From assembly GCF_009914755.1 (NCBI RefSeq), contig NC_060931.1: a stretch of 64,000 bases of DNA. One strand, 5' to 3'. How positions within the stretch are numbered: the first letter of the stretch is position 1; every line of letters begins with the position of its first letter. Source of the DNA: the human T2T-CHM13v2.0 reference genome, Homo sapiens. The position numbers and the translations under genes were made by a program. Below the pieces are notes generated by a model. The model ran no database searches and was not told the origin of the DNA. It saw nothing but the letters and a program-made list of their open reading frames with translations. Shown here piece after piece: positions 1 through 13,716 of the stretch.

Positions 1-3000
1 TCTGCCTGCCTGGCATAGTTAGAGACAGGACACATTTTGGTTCTTTGTCCCCTTTGTAAGATCCCCATGAGGTCTTGAGTGTGAATCTCAGAAAACAGTT
101 TTGCTCAAAAACCAAACACCCCCTAAGATCCCAGGAAGTGGCGGTGACTTTGCACTGTTTTCAGCAGTGCCTGTTCCAAGGAAGGTTGTTAGCATTGGGT
201 TAAAACCATCAGAAAATCCATCATGAGGGCGTTTTCAGCTTTACCAGAAGCAGGAAGTTACAGAAATCTCTGAAGTAGAGTCCGTCCTGGTGCAGCCCGG
301 CTGACTCAATGGGTTTACATGTTTTGGTTGTGGTTTGAGGATATAAAACCTCTGGATGGGATGTCAGGTGAACCTGCAGTTTGCTGATGGCTAGTAGGGT
401 TTGAGTATTTCTCTGTATGTTGCTAGCTGTCTGTGTGTGATGCTCCTTTCCAATTTTGTTCTTCCAGATCCCCTCCTCTCCTTCAAGAATGTGTGGACTT
501 GTGCTGCTATCTCCTCAGCCCTTCGCAGATCTGGGGGTCTCCTTTATATTTTGCGATGTTTCAGAGTTTCTGGGGCTTTCTGGGTTGGCCTCCCTTTGCC
601 TGAATGCAGGCCATTGTCTTGTACGCTGACTTGCCCCAACTATTGTATGGCTGTTCCCGAAAAGTAGACTCCACAGCTCACTTTGTTAATGCTACCAATA
701 TGTACTCTATAAAATCTTGGGGGAAACAGCTGAATACGGAGGATGACATTACCTCCCTAGAACCGGCTGCTGGTAGAACCACACATCTGGATCTGGCCCT
801 AAACTTTCCCAAAAGGAATCTCTGCACTTTGGGATCCAGGCCTAATGTGCTGCCCCCTCTGTCCTGCAAGGAGAGCCTCATTCCAAGTTGCAGCATGGTC
901 AACCATGAGGACCTCTGTTTTCTCAGGGATGATCTTTTCCTGACCCAGGGGAATTGGGACCTCAAAGAGCTAGGGCAAGGTCATATAAAATGTAAGTTTA
1001 CTTATATTTTTATATATAAGATGGAAGACTCCGTCAGGCTTCCCTCCCACTGTGGGTGCTCTCTCAAGCCCTTCCTGCTGCCTCTCCATAGCTGGTCTGG
1101 CCCAGTCTCCCCAAAGACTTTGCCTCAAATTCTCAGTGAGAACAGACTTGAACCAAGAGAATAGATTAATAAATTCATAGGTCATAAATAGGTCATACAT
1201 TCATAAACTGGGAAAAGGAGTAAGTTCTTAACCTTCCAGGGCTGTGGTCTTCCTATTCCAACCACAACACAGAAGTGCTGTATCCTCCCAAAGGTGGATT
1301 AGAAGGGATCCCCTGGCTCAGAATCATGCATAGAACGCTGCAAAAGTTTACTCCAGGGCAATCCCAGCCTCCCTGAGACTCACTCACAGCCTTTCCCCTT
1401 CAGAATGGACCCACTGAGCCCTTAGCTCTGACTTGAACCTGAACAAGGTGACCTTGGGCAGGTGGTCTTCCCCAGCCTGAGTCTGACCCTCAAATGTGGA
1501 AGTTGGAGGTGGCCAGGTCTGCCCCTTGCTGCTGTCCTGTGCTCTCCGTCGCTGCTGGAGAGGGGATTTGCTGGGGCACGCTTGCTTTTCTGACCCAGGC
1601 AAGCTTCTTTTTGGTGCCTTTCTCTAACAGATAAAAAAATGGTATGAGAGAAGAATTGAGCACCTGTGAGATGCCTGCCCATTCCCAAGGGTTGGGGAGC
1701 TCAGCCTGACTCCCACTCCCTGGGCGGGCCTGGTTGCCTCACCCCCAAGGTCCTCACAGTCCAGGCCACAGAGAGTGAGGGCTGTGGCTGTTCTTTTCCC
1801 TGTGTCATCTCAGCAAAGGGGGATCCTGCCAGTTAATGCAGGAAACAGACTGGAAAAGATGGCAAACCCAAAGGTAAGGGTGTCCTGCCGGAGCTCCCCA
1901 GGGCTCAGGAGACTTCCCACCCTTCTCCTGAGGGTGGGCCTGGCTTTCCTGCCTCTCCCACCCCTGGTGCCTGCTGCTCACCCGACAAGAACCCATTTGG
2001 TCAGTGCCCACATCCTCTAAGGCACACAATCCTGGGCCTCCAGGTAGGGCCTTCTCCTTGGATTGACAGGCGGGGCCTAGGGGAAGGAGCTTATATTCTC
2101 CCTCTCTCTCTGTCTCTTCTGATCCTTTTTTGTTTTTCAGAGAAACTATTCCAACAACACAGGAATAGACAGACTCAGATGTGCTGGTTCTCGCTCACCT
2201 GCCCTCCCAGCCCTCTCTCCCCGCAGAGGTGAACAGAGCCATTGCCTGGTGAGCCCCTGCAGGCTCCATAAGTGCTGCTTCCATGCCCTTCCTTTAAATG
2301 GGCCAAGGGCGGGCTCTATTGATGTAGCAACTTGCTTTCCACAACGTGTCCCGGCTCTTTCTATGTGGGTGGACACACATCTCTTTCATCTTTCAAACTT
2401 TCCCCCTTTGCCCAGGTATGGTAAGTGTCCAATGGCTACAGAAACTTGATGAATAGACTGTATTAAGCGTCTGATTAGCTATAAATCCTTGTGCCTGGTG
2501 TTGGAGATCTGGGGTAGTATCTGTTGCATGCTGACCTTCCCAAGTCAGGATTTCTCTCCCTTCTGATTTGCCTTTTTCTGATTAACGTCCAAACGTGAGG
2601 AATATTCAGTTCTCTTTAGATGAAGAATCTCCTCAACTAAGAGTCATCTAGATGGAAGATTTTGAAAATTTAGTTGCAAAGAGATGAGGCTGTGTCCTGT
2701 TTTGTATTCTGCTTTCTCTCTTGTGGGAATGTCCCCACCCTTCACGGAGCTGCGCTCCTTCCTCGAGGCCGGCAGGGCGGATGCCAAGTGTTCTGGAGAA
2801 ACTGAATTAAGGACACATTGTTTTCTACCCCTCTGTGCACTCATTTTGTTTCATATCAGATGATATCATTTTGTTTGGATATATATCAGATTATACCATT
2901 AAATCTGAGGGGACCATAAATATCGCAAAGTGAATCCCTGGCTAACATTCTGACCTTGCTTACCTGCCTGGATTCTACACTTAACAGAAAGTAATTTATT

Positions 3001-5369
3001 CCAGGGGTGACAGGGAATTTCCATGGTGCGAGTGGAGAAGAATTCTGAAGGCTTGCCCATGCTGGCAGGAAGGAGTGTCTTAATGATTAATTATGTCCTC
3101 TAGTCACTCTAAGGCCAGTGACAAAGGGTGGGCAAGTATTTGCCATCTTCTGGAGTGAGCAACTGTTGCTACCCTCTTGGGCCCATCCAAAAAGAAACAT
3201 CCAAGCTCCCGAGGGACAGAGAGATGCACATCACAAAAGCCAGTGAGTGTGCGCTTTATCGCTTAGTGCTTAACCTGGTCATCTACCTGCCAATCAGCTG
3301 AAACATACCAATCTACGTGGGAAGCTTCCATTCGTATAGTCCTGCCGCTTCCTGTGGCCGCTGCATATTCAATGCTCCTTGCTGCTTATTTCTGGAATTG
3401 AGGTGGCCTCGTGCTTTTATAGGACAGCAATTGACACATTTGCCCTGGCAGCTGAGACAGCCCATGAGGAAAGACGCTTTGGGGTCCACCTGTCCTATTT
3501 AGAAACAGTTACACAGTGAGTTAATTTCCAGATGCTGGGTTCATTTTCAGAAAGTCTTTTGGAAGCAGGGAAAAGAGTGGTTTGGAACCCTTGTTCTTTT
3601 GGAGTTTTTTGGGGGAATGGAAAATAACCTCTGGGCAGTTCTCTTTGTGTCAGAAGCCTTGTATCAATCACCAAATAGTTATCCAACATTTACCCAGTCT
3701 GGAGTGTATGGGGCTCCGGGCCAGAGCCCAGGCACAGAGCCCTAGTTGGGAGGAGCCCACGTTCAGCAGGGCACATGGCAAAAGGTGGTACTCGTTCAGG
3801 TCAGGGCTGGGAGATCAGCAGTATAGAGAGACTGGTGTGGCTGCCCAGGCAGGGGGTGGTTGTGCCTGCCTGGGGCATTGGGAAGGCTGCCGAGACCCAG
3901 TGACACTTGGGCCTGGCCTTGAAGGTAACTAGGAGTTTGCAAGCTAGAGAGTGAGGGAGAGGAGAGGTTGGGAAGGATGCGCAGAGGCTGTGTTTTGGAC
4001 TTGGGGAGAATTGGTTGGGTTGAGGGAATGTCCAGAGAGAGATTTGGCAAGGACACTCGGAGACTGGTGTGTGGGTGGCCTCCTGGGCTGCCTTAGACCC
4101 TCATCTTCATGCCCTGCTGCTATGAATTTTTTATTATTGTATTTTGTTTCATTTTGACAGGATATTTTGATAGACTTCTAAAAATGGACAGGACTGTTTT
4201 TCTAGCGTTTTGTGATAAAAGTGCCCTTTGTGCTAAAAATTCTAGCCCATGGTGTGTTGCATCTGTAGGTCTCTAGCTTGGCCAGGCCTGCTTCTGTTTG
4301 GGGTTTCTAGAGCTGATATTCCTCTGCTGAAGGCTTTATAAGCTCAGATGGCATTTCCTGCCCTGAATCCAAGTCTGCCGCTTAAGAATATGCCATTAAA
4401 GGCTCACTGGGTTTGGGTTGGAGTGTGGAATTCTCATTCCACTCAGAATGAGCACGGTTGGGCACAGATTGCAAGACCTCTTTTAGATTTGAAGGTCTCA
4501 GCTCTTGCACATGGAAATGACTGAGCTCCTGGTGCTGACCTGAGAGCTGACATTGAGACAGAGGAACTGTGGGCACCATCCACATTCACCTGGATCCTGA
4601 GTGTGGCTTCTCTTTTCCTCTGCCCTTCTCAGTTTGAAGTTTTTGAAGCTCTCATTTCTTCCTCCAGTTCTGTTTACTTTGCTTTTTATTTCATTTCCTT
4701 TATCCAGTCTGTTTCTCCTATTTCTGTGAGAAACTATCCTAGTTCAATCTCTCATTTGAATTCAGTGAAAGCTGTCTGCCTACAGACTCCACGTCTCTTA
4801 AACCTCTGCTCCTTGGAAACCCAGATTTCTTCTTCCCTTCAGAGCTCAGTTTCATCAGCACTTCTGGGAGATTGCAATGTTGTCTGCACAGAAAAATGAC
4901 CCCTTTATTTCAAGGCACTCCTCTCTACCTTCCAGAAGCACGGTTTTGGGTGTGAGCTGCCAGTTACAGTCCTTAGCATGGTTTGCTAAGGTCTGGGCCT
5001 GGGCACATGACCCATCCCAAGCCAAAGGCAATCCTTCCCTGGGACTGCATCTGGAGCTGGCGTGGGGCATATATGTTTCTCTGTGGTCCTAAAGCCGCAA
5101 GGTCATCGATTTGGAGATGCTTCCAGCCTTGGGGTGGATGAAAGAACTCCTCCCTCAGAGAGTGAATCCATCACCAACCAGGAGAAACACATAAACAAGA
5201 GACGTGGGCCTTCACCTTTATATCTAGGCCCATTCCTTTATTGCTCAGTCCTTCAATTCACCCACTCTTTTTACCTTCTCTCCCCCAAACTTTTGCTACA
5301 GCATTGCTCCTTTGTGGTACGCTCTTTGGAAGATTTCTGTTGAAACTAGAATGAAATCTCGACTCTCAT

Positions 5370-5730
5370 GTGGTCAACAGGCCTGGCTCCTGCCTGCCTC
5401 CCTCCCTGCTCCCTGGGTGTCCTAGACCCATCTTGCAGCATGTTCCTCCCTCAGGGTCCCTTCCCAGCCCTCTTCAGAGAGGCCTTCCCTGGTATGTCCC
5501 TGAGGGAAGTCACCCTCCTCACTCTGAATCATCAGGTCCCAGAGATTTCTTTTTAAAGTACTTACATCATTTTATATCTGTACCTGCCTTTGAAATTTAC
5601 TTGCTTTGTTCCCTCTTTGTCTGTTCCACAAAGAGTTCAGCACCACGGGGAGCCCATCTGCCCAGGACACTGTATCCCTAGCGTTTGGCATGGGTGGGCT
5701 CCAGAAACTGCTTGTTGAGTGCACGAATGA
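5370..5730 (+). mobile_element. Degenerate L2 3' end fragment
   Basis: L2-like text ending in ttgttgagtgcacgaatga, resembling the (TGAA)n L2 terminus. Recognised by eye only. Confidence 0.45.
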
Positions 5731-5890
5731 GAGTGAGAATACTGGAGAACATCCCCCTGTGGCCAGGGGCTTGTCCCCTAAGCCAGCCAGCTCTGGCTTT
5801 CCCAAGGTTACGCTATGTGCACCAATAGCGTCTGGGTGCCATCCTTTCCTGTCTCACTGTGGTGAAATGTGGGTTAAGAAGAATGAATTT

Positions 5891-6342
<452 letters not shown>

Positions 6343-8992
6343 TCAGTACACCCCATTCACATTGGCTGCCACTCCCTTCCCCTACCCTCTGATTTATGAT
6401 CTTTGGCCTCACTTGTTATCTTCCTGATATGAGAAAGCATCTTTTGTTCATTTCCTGCATGGTTGGACCCAAGGTCCGTGAGACCAAAGACAAGGTCCAG
6501 CCCAGGATGTGGAACGGCCACAGAGGATGATGGTGACAGCTTGGGGCTGAGGGAAACCGCGGGAACAGAGCACCCACGGTGTGGGCTGGGCTCAGTCCCC
6601 AGGCAGGGCGACTGTGCGGCTGGGATGTAGGAATGTCAGGTGCTAGTTGGCTGGGGAGGCACAAGCCCCTGTGGGCAGGGGGAATGCAGGCAGCCCTATG
6701 GCTGGTTTATGGGGCCCTGGAGAGCTGTGGAACAAGTGAGGGCGTGGTCAGGCTGCATTTGGGGAAGACAAGTGGAGGGGGAAGACAGAAGCTGGGACAG
6801 GGCAGGTGGCTGTTGGTGTCGGTGCAGAACTGGGCAGACACCCCAGGTCACTTGTGACCAAGAGTCTTTTCGGAGGTGAGACCCAGGATGTGGGTGTGAG
6901 TGAAGAGGGCTGAGCCAGAGGAAGTAACTCTCCTGTTTTCTGAAGGAGCTGCCTGATTTCCTTTCCACTCGGTGTCTTCCTGCACCTTTCCCATTTCCAC
7001 CTGCGCTTTTCTCATTCGGAAAAGAGCATAGACGTGGATGCCACCCACAGCAGACGGTCCCGAGGGGCCTTGAGAAACACCAACTGCAGCTTCTGCTGTC
7101 CTGGGGCTCCCCCACCCCCAGAAGCTCCCCCACCTCACAGAGTCCTGAGCTAAGCACAGAATATTCTGGAACATTTTCCCTGTACACCCTGGGGGAGTGG
7201 ACACAGAGCTGGAATTATCACGGTTCATCTCAAAAACGGACACATAGTTTGTATTCTGTTCTGTAATACGTTTTTATTTAAAATAAATGCAATGCTTTAC
7301 ATTTTTACTCTAGAGAAAATTTCATGCTGCAGCATCTCATTTAAACTACACTGCAGCACCTTCGAGTGGGTTCTAGTGTTATTATTACTATGACTAAAAC
7401 TTCCATTTGACATTGACGTAGATTTTGGGAGACTCAGAAAAGTGAGGGCCTATCAGCACTCACGCCAGAACCGAACCCTTAGGTTGTTGGCCAGGTGGGG
7501 ATCCTGAGGAGCCAGTTGCTGAGGATCAGGACCTGGGAGGCACCCACTGCACAGTTATTTTATTCATGTGATTCCATCTTCTCAGCAATGCCGTCCACAG
7601 GCACCGTGGCTGTCCTTACACCCTCAAGGAGGAACTGGAGACTTAAAGTTGCCGGGATCCTCTAGGGAGGCCTGCCTTGGAGATGGATGGGATGCTGCCG
7701 CTTCCACCGGCTGCTTCTCCAGCATCCACTACTGTCTCCTGGGCGTGGGTCTGGCCTTGGAGAACCAACTTGATCCCTTGCCCCCTGTGTCCCCTCTGTG
7801 GTCATTTGTTAATTGTGCTTTCCTTTCCCAAAGTCAACAGAACAATGCACAAAGCCCCTTTCATTCTGGAGAGCCTATTTATTTGTTTAGATAGAGCTTC
7901 AGAGAGTTGGCAGCCCTCACGCAGCTGCCCGCTGCCCATCCCAGGCAGGAAATGGAAACCCCCACACAATCGGCCTGTTGTGTAAAGCACAGTGATGACC
8001 ATCAGGAGGTGGCTCAGCCTCCCGGGATGGGGGTGTCTGCTTGCTATGCAGCATCTCCAAATGCTCCCTAGTTACTAGAGTCAGTGTGCTCTCCCCCTCC
8101 GGGGGTTTCCTTAACAGCCCATGTGCTGACACATGGTTCTCAGCATTTTTCTGCCTCCATGCTACTCACACTAAACCCTCTGGTCAATGTCAGTGTCACC
8201 TCTCTGATGGTCAGTGATGCTCCTTTTTTCCGTGGGGGCAGCACCCAAGGAAGGGCTGGGGAAGTTCTCTCCTCCCAGAGTTCCTATTCATAGGGAGTCA
8301 TGGAGAAGGTCCCAGAATAGAAATATCCTACACCCCCACATACCAGCCACATAGCTCCCCCTGCCTGGGGACTGAGCCCAGCCCACGCCCTCGGTGCTCT
8401 TCTCCCTAGGTTTAAATTCAGAGCCCTGTTGCCTGAGTTGACCCTGCTCTCACCTTGAATGCACTGGCAGATTTCCATGGGCTTCCAGCACCTCCTCTGT
8501 GCCCACTGGCGCCTGGTTCTGGGAATGACAGCAGGAGTGAAGAGGGGATGAAAACTGTCCCTAAAGAGCCAAGTGATGTTGAGTGCATGGGGAAGGGAAC
8601 AGCATGATCTGTGGGTACACACAGACCATGGGGGGCTGACGGGGAAGGATATGGCTGGGCTCCTTGGAGGTGCATGAGGCACATGGAGCACAGTGCTCAA
8701 AGGCTGAGACAACAACGATGAAACGGGTGCGTTTAACACACTGACAGCTTTTAAAATGTGCCCTGAGGCAGGTGGCTGAGCTTATGTGTGATATTGATCC
8801 CTCCAGGGGTAGATGAGGCAGCACCACAGACTGAATGCTCACCCGGCATCAGCATCACGCATCCTAATTCTCGAAGTCATCATTCGAGTGGGGTTGTATC
8901 TACTTTTTAAAGATGAGGAAATTTAGTAATGTTTTTGCAGACATGGTAGAGCTAGTGGATGGCAGGAGCCCCTATCTCTGCTCAAGGGTGTC

Positions 8993-9475
8993 TGTCTTAG
9001 TCCATTTAGTGTTGCTATAACAGAATGCCTGAGACTACGTAATTTATAAAGAAAAGAGGGTTTTTTTTTTTTTGGTTGGGGGATTGCTTTCCAGCAAAAC
9101 CTGAAAAGCCTGCTAGACAAATTCTAAAAGAGCTCTAACACTTAAGAAAAGAGGTTGATTTGGCTCATGGTTCTGGAGGCTGTGAAGTCCAGGAAGCATG
9201 GGGCTGGCTTCTCATGAGGACCTTGTGCTGCACCCTAACATGGCAGAGAAGCAGCAGGGGAAGCAAGTATGTGCAAAAGGCCAGCCATGAGAGGCTTCCT
9301 CAACCTGTCACAAACTGCTCTTGTGAGGGTGAGTCAATTCCCGTGAGAACTGACCCAGTCTTGTGAGAATGGCATTAACCCATTCATGAGGGTGAGTTCT
9401 CAAGACCCAAACACCTTCTGTTAGGTTCCACCTCCTATCACATGAACTTTTGGGGGACACACTCAAAATGTAGCA
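8993..9475 (-). mobile_element. MaLR solo LTR (MST family), interrupted by a U7 retrocopy
   Basis: Starts tgtcttagtccatttagtgttgctataacagaatgcctgagact and ends ...aaatgtagca. Perfect 5-bp TSD GTGTC at 8988-8992 and 9476-9480. Confidence 0.92.
9060..9143 (-). pseudogene. RNU7: U7 snRNA processed pseudogene
   Basis: Reverse complement AAGTGTTAGAGCTCTTTTAGAATTTGTCTAGCAGGCTTTTCAGGTTTTGCTGGAAAGCAATCCCCCAACC-A13 matches U7: histone-downstream-element antisense region, U7-specific Sm site AATTTGTCTAG and 3' hairpin. TSD aagaaaagagg at 9049-9059 and 9144-9154. Confidence 0.93.
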
Positions 9476-11419
9476 GTGTCCTTGTCCTCAGGCACCCCTC
9501 AGGTGGGGTGAAGGCTGGGCACAACAAAATTGATGTGAAGACTCATCCCAAATGAATGGGGCACCCTCTTCCCTACAGGAGTGTCCACATAGCAGCTCCA
9601 AGCACTCAGCTTCCAGGGCCAGCAAGCTGCACGGGCGGCACCACTGGGCTCCCGAGAGGGCTGGGGGCTGCCAATGACATTTGCACTTCCCTTCAAAGCA
9701 CCGAGGCACCAAGACTTTGAGGATGATGCCCAGAGGGAGGGTTTGGATGAGGTCCAGGAAGAAAGAAAGCTGAAGCCTCTTTGGGCAGGTGAGGGAGATG
9801 GCAGGAGCTTGTGGTTTTAGAGGCTGTGTGAAGTGAGATTGGACACTCAGCTGGGTCAGCCCAGAGGCTGGGTCCTGAGGTTGGTCTCAGGGCAGCTCCG
9901 GGAGACTCCACGTGTCCCTTCTGCAGGATGCTTCCCTCTCCTCGAGGCCCATCAGTGTGGAGTGGAGCATCCACCAGGGCCCCCAAGAACTTGGCACTGA
10001 GGGCACTGGGAATGTTCAGCAGGGCAGTGCCCAGCCTCAGCATGACAGGCTCGATGGCCCCAGGAGGATGTTCCAGCACCTCCCCTGCCATCCTCACCAG
10101 GGCTGGGAGGTGGAGATAGGCACTGGTGCTGCCCATGCAGTGCCCTGGGTTCTACATCTGGATTTCCCAGCAGGATGGGGTTTCAGGAGTCCCCTTAGAG
10201 AACCAGCTAATTTAACCTTATTAATCAGATGGGAATCAAAGGTCCTGGGTGGGGAAGTGAAGAGCTGCATGCTACAGACACATGGAGGTGATAGGGGCTC
10301 CTCCATCCACCCGGGAAAGGGCTCTGGGTGGGAGCCCTTGCTCTGCCAACCTTGGGAGGGCTTCATCCATCTCCTGGACACTCCCAGGGCCTGAGGAATC
10401 CTTGACGTCTCCTCTAGGTGCAACCCATGTCCCTGTGTGCATCCCAGGGGTCATCCTCAAATACTACCGTGGTCTTGGTGTCCAGAATCTTCTTAGCAGG
10501 TGGGGCTCTCCTTTCTTCACCAGCCTGTTGGGATCAGCTCAGCCAGTCTGGTTAAAGGACAAGTGGCTCTGAGCTTTATTGTAGAACTTACTTTGTTTTC
10601 CTCATAACTTTCTCTTTCCATGTCTGCAGCTGCCATTGTGTGGGGCTCCTTGAGGATGGGGACCCCCTGTTCTCTCAGCTCCACTCCCCAGCATGAGTCA
10701 TGGTCTCTCTAAAGACCCCCTGGCCTTAAAGCAAACATCACCAGGTGCACTCAGCAAGGCTGGTGTCGTCTCTGGATTCTCTTCATAACGCTATGGGAAC
10801 ACAGGAAGATAAAGCTCAAAGTGGAGGGAAATTTTTGGTGGCTTTGGGTGTTGGAAGTGGTGCAGCTCCCCAGGACCCCAGCCCCTCAGCAAAGCCGCCC
10901 TCAGATACTGTGTATGGGCTGTAGCAAGTCTGTTGATTTCTCATGGGGTAACGCCCTCCTTGGATGTTACTCTTTGCAGTTTACATAATACTAGACACAT
11001 ATTATTTTCTTTTATCTTCATACAACCCTACATTTTCAGCATTCTGGGAATTAACCACAGGCCCCACTATCTGGTGCCCAGAAAGACATGGGACACCCTT
11101 GGAGAGGAGCACTTGGCCTCTTTGCTGTCCTCGGACTTAGTGCAGGGTGGTGGGTGCCGGGTGCGGTGGATGGGGCTGGGCAGCAATGATGGTGCCCTTT
11201 ACTCTTCTCCATTTACCTCCAAGGTTCTTCATGGTCTATGACTCCAAGGTCTGAAATGATCTCATTTACCCCACATGATAGATGTGGCCCTTCCAGATGA
11301 GGAGTTCAACAAGACTACATGGTAGAGCAGCCAGAGAACCCACTGGAAATAAGGCTCAAAATAAGGAGTAACCACAAAATAAGGTGATTTATAAAGGTGC
11401 ATTAACTTATTTCACTAGA

Positions 11420-11580
11420 GAGGCAGCATTTTATTGAGTAAAGAGCACTGGGTTTTTAATCTCAGAGTCAACTATACGGTTCTGCTGTCTGTCTAAAGAT
11501 CTTGGTCAAGAGTGTCTCCTTTCTTCCCTTGTAAAGGGATGAATGGGAATCCCCACCTTAGAATCTCTATGACATTATGA
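11420..11580 (+). mobile_element. MIR SINE fragment
   Basis: gaggcagcat...gtaaagagcactggg...cttggtcaag...ttccct tgtaaagggat resembles the MIR core. Confidence 0.5.
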
Positions 11581-12095
11581 AGCTGGAAGTAAATAAGGGA
11601 CATAGACAACCTTTCAGAATCAGCAAGGGTTGTCCCAATAGGGTGTTGGCTACAAGAATTATTTCATGAAAGAATATCTCAGGGATCACAGTTGAGCTGA
11701 ATCTGGATCATTCTTTTGACCTGTACTGAGGAAAAGACAGGGATTTGAGTGCATTTAGGGTGAGCTGGCATTTTTCACTTCTCACCTCTCCATGCAATGA
11801 TGCTGTCTGCTGGCCCCAAAGGCACTGTATTTGCCATCTCTCACCAGAGCCTTGTCAGAGCCTGCTGCAGCCAGGGGCTGGGCATGCCTAAGAGCCGGGA
11901 GCCACTGTTCCCAAGTGGGCATTACAGGGTTAACTTGTGTCTGTGGCCAAGGCACAGAATCAAAGTAGGATGAGTCACCTCTTGTGCATTTCTTACTTCA
12001 GCCCTCCTGCCACTTTAGAAGTTTCTGATGTTTAATTTCCTCGTTTCATTCCAGAGACAGAGAATGCTGATTCACTATGCAGTGAAACATGCCTA

Positions 12096-12241
12096 ACGTG
12101 TCAACAGCTAAATGCCCGGTGACAGTGTGGTTGTCTGGGCAACAGAAGAAGTCACCCACGCAAACACTTAAAGGTGAGCTGTGAGAGTTAAGCAAGCGGG
12201 AGCTTTTCACTGAGTGAACTCACGTCCACACAGGGTGCGTG
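12096..12241. promoter_or_regulatory. Candidate enhancer: cluster of four RCGTG (HIF-type) cores near AP-1 and TEAD motifs
   Basis: ACGTG 12096-12100, CACGC 12157-12161, CACGT 12221-12225, GCGTG 12237-12241. TGAGTCA at 11971-11977; CATTCC near 12048 and 12314. Motif evidence only. Confidence 0.4.
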
Positions 12242-13716
12242 TTCAGACTCACGGGGCAGCTCCAATTATGGGGAAGGTCGGAGAAATTCCAGGCTCCGAG
12301 GAGTCCAAGACAGCATTCCAGCTCATTCCTAATTTTATATTCAGGTTCCTTAAAACAAAAACTTCACTATGAGACATTCAAACCCTTTGCATGTTACAGT
12401 CTGCAAAGTTTGAAAAGCATTTCCTTCCTTAGTGTCTCTGAGTTGCCCTAAATACTTTCTTTCAACCAGCAGGATAGGGGACAGTAGGTTTTTGTGACTA
12501 CTTAAGTCTTGGCAGCAAGAATGGGGCCCCAGAAGGCGCTAGTGTTTCTGGAACAACCGATATCAGGGCAGATGTCTTGTGCTTGGCCCCTTGGTGGGCC
12601 ACTTGCCTGGAGTTATGGGACAGGGATGAGCATGTTCCTGCCCCTGAGGAGTTCATGGTCAGTAGGGGAGGCTGCATAGACAAAACTCAACCCCTGGACT
12701 ATGGCTGTGGCCCTGGATGGCCCAGAGGCCCAAGAAAATATTGGGCAAGAGTACCTCTTTTCTTCCTCTGTAAAGGGAGTAATAGGAATTCACACACTAC
12801 AGTCATTGTGACAGGATGCATGGGTGGGGGTGTGCAGGGGACTTGAAGAGGCCACTGCATCCCAACTTTCTCTTCTGCTGATTATTTCCTTTAAATAACT
12901 TCTTGTGGATATTGCTTATGAGCAGATGCCTTGCTAGGTGGGAAGGGGGATGGAAGTGAAAACACATAAATCATCATCTCTGTTTGTGGAACTCGAGGTC
13001 AGGTGTGGAGAGGGCTGAGCAGGTGAAACTGAGTCTCCAGGTTGGGGCATGAGCCAGGGGCTGAAAGGGGCTCTCCCTGTACTGGCAGGGAGGATTCTCT
13101 TCTTCCCTGCTCTGTGGTTGCATGTGGCCTGCCAACCGTTTCTCTGTCACACCATGATGCAGTCATGGGTTGTCCACCCATTGATCTCAGGCATCTGTGG
13201 TCCTCCTCAAGGGAGAACACATGTTGGGTCATCTTCGTCTCTGATCTTTGTCCCTGCTGTCCCTGATCATGCTGGAGGTCAGGAAGGAGCTAGGCTCACA
13301 GGTGTGCCCAGGTGTTTGGCAGGGCAAAGGCCTGGGCTGAGACTCTACAATCTTGGGCTTGAGTTTTCCCATCTGTAGGACAGGAGCAGGGCCAGCATCC
13401 TAGGTTTGTGGTGAGGACTGGTTGAGGGCCACACCAGGCTCCTGGATGTGGCCGGCTGACCAGGGCTGGGTGTCTCACTGGCTCGCAACAGGGAAGAACA
13501 GAAATTGAGAGTAAATCAATGTGAACTTTACAGCAATTAGGCAGAGTAATTTCATATCTGTTGAATCTAACAAAAAATGGGATTTGTGTTTTGTCTTCAT
13601 TTCATTTTTCTAGGACCATACTTATTTTACAAGAGGAACAGTTTTCAATGGAATGGATATTAAAACACACACCTGGATCCCTTTACCACAGGTGCTTTGA
13701 GAGGCACCATCAAGGA

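Noticed and set aside
1-560. LTR-like text with TATAAAA at ~342
   Set aside because: I could not assign a family, ends or TSD by eye; needs a Dfam search.
604-1164. 186-aa ORF
   Set aside because: No recognisable domain; composition typical of a chance ORF in mammalian intergenic DNA.
2290-2302. CArG-like CCTTTAAATGG
   Set aside because: Seven A/T bases rather than six; not a canonical SRF site.
9693-10572. Overlapping 100-160-aa ORFs on both strands
   Set aside because: GC-rich, stop-poor DNA; no homology or exon structure recognised.
12085-12104. p53 response element (AAACATGCCT...)
   Set aside because: Only one good half-site; the adjacent decamer breaks the CWWG core.
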